This document shows positions 1 through 12,871 of a stretch of DNA of 64,000 nt, piece after piece. Numbering within the stretch: the stretch's first letter is position 1; each line of letters begins with the position of its first letter. The stretch comes from Phoronis australis. Its lineage: Eukaryota; Animalia; Phoronida. The stretch is from the NCBI GenBank assembly GCA_002633005.1, contig NMRA01000390.1, positions 145,544 to 209,543 of the forward strand, given 5' to 3'. The notes below the pieces were generated by a model that saw only the letters and a program-made list of their open reading frames with translations, had not been told where the DNA came from and did no database searches. Both the position numbers and the translations under genes were made by a program.

Positions 1-1800
1 CCCAGTCGCATTCCAAAGACCATAACTTTTGAATAAATAACTTGGCACGTACTGACACTGGATTTACTAATCCAAGAGGATCAAAAAGTTTAGCAGCAGA
101 ACTTACAATTTCTCTTTTGGTGGCATTCCGTGCGTTGTACTCGCGTGGATCATGGTTGACTAAGTTGACTTATCAAGAACTGGGTTCCAGTTTATTCCAA
201 GAATTTTGACTTTTGATGATGTGTCGTCAACATCAAGTTCAGATGCGCATTGCCTAACCGTAACATCACTCGAACTCCATGATCGTAAATTGAAGCCCGC
301 CTCCATCATAATGTCCCTTGAGTTGTGAAAGAAATTCTGTGCAGTGGTTATATTTTTGCAACTCATAAGAACGTTGTCCACATAGCAATCTCTGGAAAAA
401 GTACTGGTTATCTCACAGGAGTATGACCTTAAGTGATGCTTGATTGTGGCGTTCAAAAGGAATGGAGGTTTACATACAGCTCCAAACAGTACTGTGCTGA
501 AGCGATAAACGATAAAGTCACTCTCAAGGTTGTTGTGATCTGACAGCCATAGAAACTTCAGATAGTCTCGATCAGACTCGTAAACTTGCACTTGATGAAA
601 AGCTTTCTCAATATCCGTTCCAATTTTGTGTAAACGAATGCGGAGTAAGGATCTCGCACAAATCATCAATCATTGGTGGACCAACTTTCAAACAGCCATT
701 CAGGGATGTGTTGTTTGAATTAGCCTTGCAACTACAGTCATACACTGTCTTAATGGGTGTCGTTTTAGAGTCTGGCTTGTACACGGGTCTGTGTGGGATG
801 AAGTGACCACTTGAGATGGGCGAATCGGCAAACTCAATAATACCATCGCATAATTGCTTTTCAATGATCTTTTGATAGCGATCACGAGTGTCGGAGTCGA
901 GTCTTCTGACCATGGCACGTGTGCAGGAAAGAGCTACACTATAGTTTGTCGGTAAGTGTGGATGGTCAGTCTTCCAAGGCAGTCTCGCAACATATATGCA
1001 GGTATCTGCCTCATGGATAATGGTGTTGTAAAATGAATGTAGATCGTTTTGATTACTTTCAGTAGACTTTACTTCTGTCTTGTCATGTTTTATGCCGATG
1101 TGCTCTAAATCCCAGTAACGTTCCAGGTCCAGCGGGTCCGTAACAGCCAAGTGCTGTACACAGGTAGTGGACTGACTGCCGGGATCACTTTGGTACAGTG
1201 AACCCGAAACCAGATATCCCAACTTGGATTTGACGGCCGTAGGTCCATTGCCACGAATGACTAAGTCTTGAACAAAGTCCCTCTATCTATCTGCACCCAT
1301 TAAAATGTCTACCATAAAGTGACCATCTTGGTTAGGGGAATGAGCCAGACGTAGACCCTTAAGATGTCCACAGGCACCAACGGTATCCAATTTAATGTGA
1401 AGGGGACCGGCAACACGAGCAACAACTAATACCTCCAATGGGATAGTGGTGCCATCGAATGTAGTCACAAATACGCGGCATATGTCAAATGTGTTCGATG
1501 ATCTGTGTTCCGCACCAACTGTGGTGATGCTTAGGTTTTCCTGTCAAACTGAGGTGTAACTTTGAGGCGAGTGATGAATTTATAAACGATCGTTGAGCAC
1601 CCTCGTCGAAAAGAATGTTCGCTGTGTGTGTCATCTGGCTACCGTCACTGACTGGCGCAGTGGCTGTTTTGAGTAAAACCGAGTTCGCAGAGGAGACATG
1701 CATCGTCATTGAGGTATTGTTTGCTTGAATGGCAGGGTTTGTCCTTGACGGTTGCGGGTTTTCTGATAGGTCACTCTGAGGTGGATGCAAATTGCACTGT
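1..1800 (-). mobile_element. Degenerate BEL/Pao LTR retrotransposon gag-pol fragment (aspartic protease, RT), frameshifted, continues off the window start
   Basis: Consecutive minus ORFs carry Pao motifs: VLLKTA...ANILFDEGAQRSFI (protease), VDILMGAD, LERYWDLEHIGI, HFIPHRPVYKPDSKTTPIKTVYDCS, SLNGCLKVGP, DIEKAFHQV, YRFSTVLFG and YVDN (RT), GFNLRSW, KILGINWNP; multiple frameshifts. Confidence 0.93.
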
Positions 1801-1949
1801 TTTTAGGACCGGGAAAAACTGGCGAAAACATCCTACACCCAGAGGACCAAACAGAAGCCTGACAAACAAGTAAGTCACCAAACAGTTTATACCATATAAA
1901 ACGGTATGTTTTCATGGCCAATTACAATTCTCCATAATCAAAAAGTTCA

Positions 1950-2237
1950 ACAGCTGAACCACGTTTCTTTGTCTCCTGCCTGCCGAACACAAACACACAG
2001 CATCTGACTTCAGCCTCAGTCTTTTTTCTGCCCTGGCATGAGATGTTTGGCAAGCCGGCATTCTCCACGGAGATGTTTCATGGCCTCATACTTGGTACCA
2101 ACGGCGTACTTTTCATTCTTCACTGCCGCAAGCAACTTCCGAAGCATTACGGGCTCTCGAGGAAATCGAAAAAACTATTTACCCACTTTCCTTGCTGCTT
2201 CATAGTTTGCACAAGAGGGAACGATACACCACACCAT
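1950..2237 (-). pseudogene. THAP zinc-finger domain remnant, probably from a DNA transposon
   Basis: Manual translation from ATG 2237: MVWCIVPSCANYEAARKVGK*FFRFPREPVMLRKLLAAVKNEKY..., then after a frameshift RLRLKSDAV. This matches the THAP CxxxxC, FxFP and AVP-box pattern, with an in-frame stop and loss of the C..HF segment. Confidence 0.7.
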
Positions 2238-2624
2238 AGAAGCATTCACTCTGCAGAAGAATCATTGACATTGCTGCGTCGTTTCTCACCTTCCTCACAG
2301 GTTAACACGAACCTCTCGGCAAGGTAAGATTGACCGTATACGAGATGATGTGGATATAGACCAATAAAGACAGTAAAAAAGACTAAGTAAATTGGGTGGC
2401 ATTCTCCTTTAATAAGAACACAACCACCATGAGTATTCTAGTGGTATGGCAAACACAAAAATAATGTAAGTACACTCAGGAGCCACAATTGGTGTATCAA
2501 CAAATCTATGGAGAAGGCAACAGCACCACGAATGATTGTGGTCGGCAGATGACATCAGAGACCAAATACACCACAACCGAAACTTTTCAACAATGAAACA
2601 GACCTGAGTACCACCAAAACTGCA

Positions 2625-2860
2625 TTGGAGTACTCTGAACACCGGATTTGCAGATTTTCCAGTAAATTTGTAGATTTTTCGCATACAGTCCAAATATACC
2701 CTAAAATATACCGGGGGTGGCTCGAATTTTTCGCAGTGGACCTTACACTAACTTTTGTATCGTTTTTTCGGACTTTTGCTTTCTCTCAGGAGGACCTTTT
2801 TGCCCACTTTGCCAAATGGGGGACTCATTCGAGCCCCCCCCCCGGGTATGCGCATGGGTA
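2625..2860 (+). mobile_element. Dispersed non-autonomous repeat fragment (family D)
   Basis: Ends in GAGCCCCCCCCCCGGGTATGCGCATG; similar segments at ~16305-16420, ~19698-19755 (inverted) and ~25820-26003. Confidence 0.5.
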
Positions 2861-4709
2861 ATTTTCCTACTTACTTGCCTCTGAAACAGTTTCTAAAAAT
2901 ACACCAATTTTCAGAATAATTTAAGTTGTGTAGTTTAGGGACAACGCGCTTAGTGAAAAGATCCTGTTAATCAATAGAAAATGTCCTTACTGAACTTATG
3001 TTAATACAAGCCTAATGTACGCCTCACTTCTTAACACAAAAACGTATCTGCAAAAATGTGTTGATGAATCTGCACTGGACAATGTTTTGCACCAGGTAAT
3101 ATTTTCTTAACTATTCACAAAAGTTTTGAATAATTATTAATTGCAAGTGTCTGTGAACACGTACCACCGTACTGCATGCGAAAAGACCTCGAGGCTCGAC
3201 TGTATCGTCAGCTCAACATGCTACGAAGTCAGTGCAGTCACCGTGTCCGCAAAAAAACAACACGCTATACAACTTGCAGTATAAATTCCACGGTCCCTTG
3301 AATAAGACATTGTCATTCTTTGGAATAACGTGGCAAAAACAGAATCTTGTTCCCTTCTTTCAGAAGCTACTTTCTTCACAGCTCGGAATTACAACCACTC
3401 ATGCTTGGCCATTTTGTCAACAGTACGTATTTAGCTGTAAATAGCTGGAATTAGACAAAGTAAGCAATCCACAAATCACAGAAGTCGTTGCTTATAGGTT
3501 AGGCCTGTGATACACATACCGACAGAAGAGGCCTCGCGATTTGCCGATTATCAGGCTATTTCGAGACTGAAACAAAGCAATTTGTAGCTCAACTTTTTGG
3601 CTAAAATAATGATTTTACAATATATTTTTTAATTTCTAACTTAAAAAAATTATTCCTCGACTACAAATCGGAATATTTATTGAGAAACAAGCGAATTAAT
3701 CTCTTTTGAATTTGCTGAATTAGCGTATTTTTGCCTGGCCGTGCGTACTTGCGTACTGGAGGCTTGATTTCCATACGAATCCGCATTTTTTGCGTATGGT
3801 ACACAGGTCTGATGAAAACGCCTACGACAACATTTAAACTTCCCTATTGAAGGTGACGACACCGCTAATCCCAGAATGACAACAATAAACAGATGATATG
3901 GCAATCACAAGGTAATTGACTCCAACAAGGGACCAGACACTGACAGGTGAATGGCTCATACATCAATAATTATGACAACATAACCAATGTCACCAACATC
4001 AACGATCCTAATGAGAATGCCACCAAGAACGCAGTTTTCATTGACGATGTTTTTACTTAGAAACATAATTCATATATTTATCATCCATGAAACTGGAGCT
4101 CTAGTTTGTTCAGTCTTATCTTCTAAAAGTAAGGACAGCACAGGAAATTGTAGATAAATAATTTAAAACAATAAGATTTCAGTTACAATCAAGTGGCTCT
4201 GAATATTGAGTGATTTGTTTCATATGCAATTGACCAATGTTGCAAAAAAAGGTTTGATAAATCCCAACTTTCTAGTGGAGTAATAACTGAAAACCCCCTT
4301 GCCTAACATTGCGCAAGTTGCACAAGTTGTCAAATATATAGTATTCATTTTGCCTGGTAGAAGTGCTGGCAAGATCAAGGTCACGTTTCTCTTGCTTTGT
4401 TTTTATGAATACGTTTTATCTAGAGCACTGCAGACGGAAACTTGGTGCGGCAGACGGCATCGCTGAAATCGCAGGTATTGAAGCTGGCGGGGTTCTTAGT
4501 TTTGTGAACATGGGAAGAAAATAAAGGGTATTACATTTTGAAGCAAATCCATGACCCGGGACAATAATTTTGTTACTTGTATTATAATTCACATTGCCAA
4601 ACCACCGTCTCCGACGCTGTCCTTGTATTCTTTGTTATAATTGAGTTTTTATCTAAAAATGGGTAATCGCGCGTTTCCTTAGCACTGGGCACGTAACATC
4701 AATCTTCAA

Positions 4710-4875
4710 AAGTCGGGGATGGGCGCTTAACCGAGAAGTGGGCGCTTAACTGGAAATCTTCAAAAATTGCACAGTGGGCAGTTAACCAAACAGTGGGCGG
4801 TTAAATCGAAAATCCACTTAAAGTAGGGGATGGGCAGTTAAGTGAACATGGGCGTTAACCCGAATGTTTACGGTA
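4710..4875. mobile_element. MITE terminus with subterminal GGGCGCTTAA repeats, ending TTTACGGTA
   Basis: Several GGGCG(C)TTAAC-type repeats followed by ATGTTTACGGTA (TACCGTA-type TIR). Confidence 0.5.
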
Positions 4876-5630
4876 TTTGACGAAATAAATGTTTGAAAAA
4901 CTAATTTATGTATTTTTTGTGTTAGGGAATGGTAATGTTCGAGACTCTGTGACCCATTAAATTGTCAACATAAGGTTTCTTGCAGATGTATATTCTCAAA
5001 TGCCCGGCGTCGCTCAGTTGCCATTGCGTGAAACATGCTATGCAATGAAGATACATGCAAGAATCAGAGATAATCGTACATGAGCCAGTCGTTAATCAAA
5101 AGTTACAGCAAGGGCATAACTCAGCAACAAGTATTTGCTTAATATTTTATGCCAAAATACTGATGACTTTGACTGGAGATGTCAGTATAGTGAACCCATA
5201 CAGTGGGAGTCTTAGGGAAAAATATTTCGTACAGCAGGTGGCCGAGCGAAAAATAGTTTGTACATTACCAAAATATAACAGACCGTTCCTTTGTCCAATC
5301 TCAGTATCTCATGATAGAAGTTTTTTAAAATCTTTCCACATTGCTTTGGGTAAAAACAGATAGCTGAAGTGGCTGAGTGACCAAGATACAATTAAAGTCC
5401 CAATCGCAACCTCCTTCCATGAATTACTACACGAATGTTTTATATACAATAAATGTATAAGAGCTAATTTTATCTCACGATCTTGTCAAAAACTGCCTCA
5501 CAGAAATTGCTCCAACAGGTATCATGATTGCAACTATCTTCGTTTTGTTAAGTGCAATCGCTATTCATTTTTATTCGGTAACGGACCATTTTTTAGTTAC
5601 AGAGGATTTTCGGTTGTGGTACTAGAGGCT

Positions 5631-5798
5631 CTACCAGGTATTTTGCATATAGTGTGGCTAAACTGACTGCCTATCTATGTGGCGTTCTACCAGGTATTTT
5701 GCATATAGTGTGGCTAAACTGACTGCCTATCTATGTGGCGTTCTACCAGGTATTTTGCATATAGTGTGGCTAAACTGACTGCCTATCTATGTGGCGTT
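5631..5798. repeat. Tandem repeat, 56 bp x3
   Basis: Unit ctaccaggtattttgcatatagtgtggctaaactgactgcctatctatgtggcgtt repeated three times. Confidence 0.95.
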
Positions 5799-8700
5799 GT
5801 CAACAATTGTATTTCCAATGTTTACACCATAGCAAGCTCCATACTTAGTGATTTTTGTTTAAGTCCACCTTTGATCACTCCTGTTGAACCCCTCGCTGGT
5901 TCCCTGCGTGCCGCCAGGTGGTCAGTAGCTAGCGCGCAGGTATCACTTAATTTTCCTCGGGAAATTTTTTTACACCGGCATTTCTGATTGGCCAGTTGAA
6001 TTCTCAACAGGCAGCGCTTTACATAAACATGGCATGACTGATGGACTGAAGTGTAAATGTGGTCTGTTGTGCAAACAAATCGGTGCTTAAAATTAATGTT
6101 CAGGAAATGTGAATCCTAGAAATTGTGATTGCACCTTTTCGGAGTGCATCATTCTACTGACTTTTATTGATGATGTTGTCCTGTATTCATACAGTATGAA
6201 TAGCACACCGGTTAAATCGACCAGATATGTGTTTATTGTACATGTATGCGCTTCAAGCACACGGCTATTAAACATCACTGCAGAAACGAAATAGTTGCTG
6301 CGACACCACTTGCATAAAAAGGCTAAAAATCGTTCACAGTATGACTGCTGAGGTTACATCAACCAATGCTAAAGCGCGTGCCACTGCGTGATACCTGCGT
6401 GCTGGCTAGGCACATAGGGAACCAGGGAGGTTGACACCTTGCCTCACAGAATAGCCCATTACAGCTTGAGGGGTGGTCAGACTGTGGGCTTTGTGTTCTG
6501 GTTGGTATGGTGAACTTGACTTTTCTCATCTCACACCTGATTAGTGGCGTAACATTTAACTTGGGGCCAGGGAAGGGCAGCTGCTCCCAGACACCAGCAG
6601 AAGGGTGATGACCGAGATGGCCCCGGATGGGTGCCCGGGGGGGGGGGGGGGGGGGNTAATTGCCAATAGTGGGGGACAAACAGGTGTTGACTATAAGGGA
6701 GGCACCACTCAACTGTTAAAGGGGGGAGGGGGGATGGGTCTACTGACCGGACTGTCGATTGAGCAGAGTGCTGTGGTGTTGACCGATGGGGGGAGGTGCA
6801 CTGTAGGTCCCTTACATCAATCTGCTTCGGAATAGCACAACGTCGACTGGTCACCTCACCAGTAAGCACTAGTCAAGTAATGAAACAATTATTCCCTGTG
6901 ACTCTCATCATGGAGTCAGGGATTAGAATGCAACAATCTAACAGACTTAGCAGAAGGCGAATAGAACTCGTCTCATAACATAGATATAGCATTTTACAAT
7001 ACAACTCATCTCATGATACAGATATAGCATTTTACAAAAAAGCTGCTGTATCTTCAATCTTGTAACAGTTGTGCAATTGAAACTTTGTGCAACAATAGCT
7101 CATGTGTCTTGTAACAGATGCAGTTGAAACTTTGTAAAACAATAGCTCAAGTGTGGTTCTATAAACCTGATCATTTTGAGCACACTTATTAATAATTAAA
7201 AATAACAGGTTTTGAACTGTTAAAGTAATATTTTCAAAAGAAAATGCCCACTATGTCAGTCATCCTGGATTTGATCATGATGAAAAATAGTAGGCTTCGA
7301 CATATTAAGATGTTGCAAGTTTTGCATAAATTTCACGTCAATTATACAGGAAATGCAACCTTTAGCGTGCGAACAAACAAAATTCAGCACAACTGAAACG
7401 AACAGAGTTCACAAAGTAAATTCACCAAGTACGGTAGAATCTCATCAATTTTGGACAAAATTAATTGAAAGTCCATCACAGAACTCATTAGTTATACAGG
7501 CCAACATGAAAAAGTGAAATGCCACTAGGGGACACATAACAGTAATAGTTGACAGAATTCATTTGAAAATTCACTTGTGCTGTCTCATCCAAGACAGTGA
7601 GTTATGTCGGCAACAATTTCCAAAATGTACATCCAGGAGTTTTTGAGATAAAACAGCGAATGCCGGACAAATGACAGATGCATAGGCAGAGATGACGGCA
7701 ATATGAGCTTACAAAAATACTGGCAAGATAACAGAGCATAATCTAGTATTAAAACCAATTTCATTGATGCTATACCCTGGCGTGTAAATCACAACACAGC
7801 ATAGCAGATAATGATAATGTCAGCATATGCAATATACATCAAGTTTTAGGAAAAATGACATTAAAAAACAAGCACCTGACATTTACCCGATACACATTAA
7901 TCAAATTCAATAGGGAAGGAAGAAATTTAGAAAACAGTTGGAATTTACAGAACTAGCAATATTTGTACATCAAACATTTGGTGCCAGAACTCTATATGTC
8001 AACATGTGAACATAAAAATTTGTATTGTGGAACAGTTTAGAAATATATGCCTTAGAAAAACAAATTGCAAAAGCATGGCCAAGTTTAATGAATTATGACG
8101 CATGGTTTCTATTTGCAGAGCAAAGTATACACTACAACCAAGGGCAAACAAAACAGCAGATGCCCCAACACAGGAAAAACTGGAACAGGAGCCTTAAGCT
8201 TGGAATGTTTAGAAGACCTACACCACAGGGAAAACTGGGACAGGAGCCTGGCTTGGAATGTTTAGTAGACTTCAACAATCATGACCTATAATTAACATTA
8301 ATCAGCAATCACTAGGCCACTCTTGAGTTCTTAACAACAATCTTGCCAGCAGTAAAATGATTAAAACACCCGGTGAATCTACATCCAAAACGATTTTACC
8401 AATTTTAGCAACAAAAACGTTTTTGAGGTGACTGATAGTGACAGCATTTTAGAACTGTGGTCTATAATGATGTACTCATTTGCCAACTTGATGGCAAGCG
8501 GTAATTTTTTTTTACATTTTGTACTAGTACTTTTGTATTAGTACTGTTAATCAACAGAATTATTGACCGTCAGCATTTCACCATTTCTTAATGCAAATTA
8601 GAGTGAAATTAACACGTCATATCCGCTGGAAACTGGCTATTATTTTAGAGTACTGGATTATTTCTGTTCACACTTGAAGACTGGATGGTCTCTATTAACA

Positions 8701-11700
8701 TTAATTATGCCTAGTTCAATTTGCATGAAGGTAATGTTAATAACACAGCTTTGCCAGGAAATGTAACAACTTCTCATTACTTGGCTGTTCAAGGAGAAAT
8801 GATACAAATTTCCAAAGGCACAAAGTTTTCATTGCCACCAGTTTCATCCTCAGTCGCCACCATATCGCCAAACCAATTTCATCACCAAGGTCAGTCTAAG
8901 TTAAAAATATGGATTTGACAGTTTTAATTTATAATTAAATTCTTTTAAAATTTCATATTTTTCTCTTTGCTTGTTATAAATCTGCAAAACAAAGGCATTG
9001 TAACCAACTAGTTTCCCCTTACCAAACATGTCAAGTATATGGGTTGCTCATTAGAAAAGCAACCTCTAATTAAATTGATGATTTAAATTCTTTTAAAAAT
9101 GGATTTATTTAATTGCACAAGCTTATGTCAGTTTTGATATTTAAACAAATTTATATTTCCTGAATTTTCATACGTCTTCGCGAGTAAACATTTTTTCTGG
9201 ATTTCAAGTAAGTACGCTTTAACTACAGCAAAGTTAGGTCTTTAATTTTTGTCTTTCAATATTTTATTTTGATACTACTTGTGTTTTCTATGAAATATGA
9301 AAAAATAAGGAGGCCCATGGACATTGGTATTGTGAGATAAGTTAAGTTGATGGGAATAACAAAAGACCATGAAACGGTTCCTCTTCAACAAATTCAAATT
9401 TGATGTTCTACGACAAATCAAGTCACACTAAAGGTCTACACTAATTTCTTTACTCCACTCCATGGTTTTTATGGCGTTATACTGTGAAATTCAATCGTCA
9501 CTTCATGACGTAATAACTAAAATTTAATGCAAAATGAATAGTTTTGAAAATTAAATAATCTGTGATTTGAAATAAAATAATAGTAAATGCAGTAAAACGA
9601 CTGCTTTACCACCTTTTAACTGTGCCGAAGCCCCTTATCATGGGCGGCGCACCGTAGGGGGCTGTGGGGGCTACAGCTCCCCAATTTTTTCAGTGCTACG
9701 CCACCCATGGTCTATGGGCAGTTTGCCAAAGGAGAGCAGGGGGCTATAGCCCCACTTTTTTTAGTGCTGCACCGCCTATGCTTATACCAAGTGACTGTGC
9801 TGAAGCTCTTTATACCAAGTGACCAACACAGACGTTGATTTATACCTACAATGAGCATCAAATGATGGCAAAGACAAAAGGGTTGCTCATTTTTCCGAAT
9901 ATTTCCACTGCATAAGGATCCATTCAAAAAATCAACTAATCACTTGCACACTCCTCCTTTGTACAAAAGACAGAATCAATGGAAAATTGCCACCAGGGGG
10001 TGCCATAGTAATCCCATCAGTTCAAAAACCTAAAAAGCCATGTTTTTTCTTTAGTAGAAACTCATGTGCCAATTCCTATGAAGAATCTCGAATATTGTGG
10101 CAGACATGAAGAAAACCCAAATTGCCACAAGAGACCGCCATCTAAAAAGCCAACACAAACCGCCCAAACCTTAATATCATGACACATCCAAATTTCAAAA
10201 AGTTCTATCACAGAATATGATGGACATAACGCAAAGAAAACTAAAATTGTCACTAGGAGACACTACAGTAGATTTGACTGAAAATCAATGTCTGACATCC
10301 TATCCTCAATGAAAATACAATTGCTAACTTTCACCACGTAAAGGAGACGGATGCCAAAAAAGGCACCGAAATAAAAAATGGACACTAAGGTTTGCAGAGC
10401 AGGTCAAAATCTACCAAGGACCTTTGCAAATATTGAGGAATACACAAATAAAACCTGCAATAGTAACATATGAACCAAATCAATTAAGGAACTTAGAAGA
10501 TATTACAGCAGGGACAAAAACAAAATTGTCACTCGGGGGCGCCAAAGTATCCAGACCAGTCAAACAACTCGTGTTAGCTGTGCTCTTATCAATGCAATGC
10601 CTCTGCCAAATTTCATAACTATCCTTGGAGTGGTTTGGCTGCTTTAAAAAAGGCCACTGAGAGGCACACAATGTGTTGAATCCATCCATCATCTGAATAG
10701 AAACCTAACACCCACACTATATAAAATTTGTCCATGAGCTGGTCAGATACTAGTACAGAGGCAAGCATAAAAATGCTACTAGGGGACACAGCAGTACTTA
10801 AATCCCTTTGAAAGTTGGGGTCATCTGTCTTCAGCCTCTTAAGGAAACACATGCCAAATTATCAAGAAACTCCTGCAAAAGCTTCAGCAGATACAGTTCT
10901 CGATGCCAGACACCATCGCAGACAATAACGTCTTGATTCACATTAGACACTGAACTGACAACTGGATATTTTATGAAGTTCTAACAATTAGTCATTAAAC
11001 TATTTCTGTTTTTTATCGAAGTTCTTGCTTTACATAAAAACAAAACTTGAAGGAAATCTAGCATTCATTGGCAAAACACTACGGATTTTCACACAAGTCA
11101 ATGAAGATATACACAAGATATTGTGTCAATGGGTATTTTATACCATTCATAAAGTCAATAGATTTTTATGCAATTGGACATGATCATGTAGTGGGAAAGG
11201 GTTCAAACATTGTGAAGTGATACTATTTCTTTTATGTAAACATTCAATGAAAAGCAGTCTTGCAAGACAATTTTAATTACAGTTAAAACTTTCATTTCCC
11301 ATGGCTTTTACTAAATCAGCAGACTACGGTAGTGGTTGTTGGCATGTCAAGAGATTAAGGCCTGCTGCATAACAAAAACAAGTATGGAGCTTCTACAAAG
11401 TCTACAGAGAAGTGCAAAAAGTAAAAACATACATTTTATTTGATACAAAGCACCTAGCAAAGAGTTCACTTCAGGTATACTGAACGATTTGCAGCACCTA
11501 CAGTCAATGGTGTTACTGAAGCACAGACCAATGCAAGTTACAAGGCTTCATTCCAGTGTTGCGTCGCACAGTTAAAAACATCAGCACACATCTAAATAGA
11601 TAACTATAGAAAATCATTAGAGAAGTACTAACATTATACTGTAGCTGATGCACACTATGCATACCTACAATTGACATTATGTAACATTTGAAGCAGGGGC

Positions 11701-12129
11701 TGTTCTCATGGAGACATTTTTTCTAAATGGATTAACAAACTCAGTTATGTTATAAATGAACTTCGAGGCCTTATTTTGAAGAATGATAACTGACAAACCT
11801 GTTGGACATCAACAAAACAATTTGACAGCCAGCCATCCTGCATTAACAAAACTGACCTGCGAAAACTCAAATCTACGGGCACATTTGGAGGACCTGAGGG
11901 TCACATCAGTATTTCATGTCCTTTTTGGATTCGATTCTTTTAAGCCAGGAAGATGAGGCTCTTTCAGTGTGAGTGATTTGCTTATTCAGTAGGTTCAGCA
12001 GCCATGATTGGTCTATATATATACTAACTGCCATGCACACAAAACACATAAATCCACAGTTGGTATTTGTATTTTCATCCACTGCTTGCCCTCAGAGCTC
12101 ACCTTGTCGTTCTGGTCACATAAATTAGT

Positions 12130-12770
12130 TTTGACAGGCGTTCTACTGTTATTCTGCTGTTAAAATTGTGGTGCAACCTTTTGTGTCAGCTTTCGTTGCC
12201 ATGAAATATTGCGTCACCTCAGTATTGGCCAGTTTCTTTTTCGCCGCCTGTTCAATCAATTGCTGTTATATCACAGGGTTGCATATACCTCACAACAAAT
12301 TATCAGAACTGGTTTCACTTCATTATAAGTTTTTAAATTTTTGATACCAGAAAATCGAATTTTAGAACAAATTTTGCTGCTGCGAAGCTGTCATCATCTC
12401 CTGATTAATGTCGCAAAATTTCAGGAAATGGCACTTGTGTGTGCCACGAGCGTAATGTTTTCAAAATGATGACAAACTTAACATTACAAAAGGCGGAGAA
12501 TTGCGCAAGAAAATGGAGGTTATTAGACTGTTTTTCATTTTATCGGCTGTAACAAGCAAGGTCAGTGTCCGTTGATTCCCAGATTTTGCAAGCACTCCCG
12601 TAGGTCTTTAGCTACAAGTTGATACATGTTTCACGGCGAGGTGACAAGCAGAACTACCCGAGCTGCGTGCAATTTCGAGGACTGCTGGAGCTCAACACAC
12701 AGTGGTAGGCTACCTAGCTGTACTTTGACGATAGTCGATCTTCATACAGCTAGCTAGTTGGCCTACTGCC
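12130..12770 (-). mobile_element. Dispersed repeat family C copy
   Basis: Reverse complement of segments at 19665-19700 plus 20370-20780 and at 26760-27190 (e.g. tatcagaactggtttcact vs agagaaaccagttctgata; ttcatacagctagc vs gctagctgtatgaa). Confidence 0.7.
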
Positions 12771-12871
12771 TGAACTTACATGACAACCTACTGTTCACCA
12801 AACCAAGCCCTGCAAGCGTATTAATTACTTTGCCACATGAAAATTGTCCGTTGACAGTCATGTTTTCTTCT

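Noticed and set aside
3809-3845. CTGATGA as a hammerhead core
   Set aside because: No stem II or downstream GAAA.
5631-5798. CRISPR-like arrays here and at other tandem repeats
   Set aside because: Head-to-tail units with no unique spacers and no cas genes, in a eukaryotic context.
6620-6800. G-rich, G-quadruplex-like tract
   Set aside because: The main poly-G run abuts an N junction, so its length and context are unreliable.
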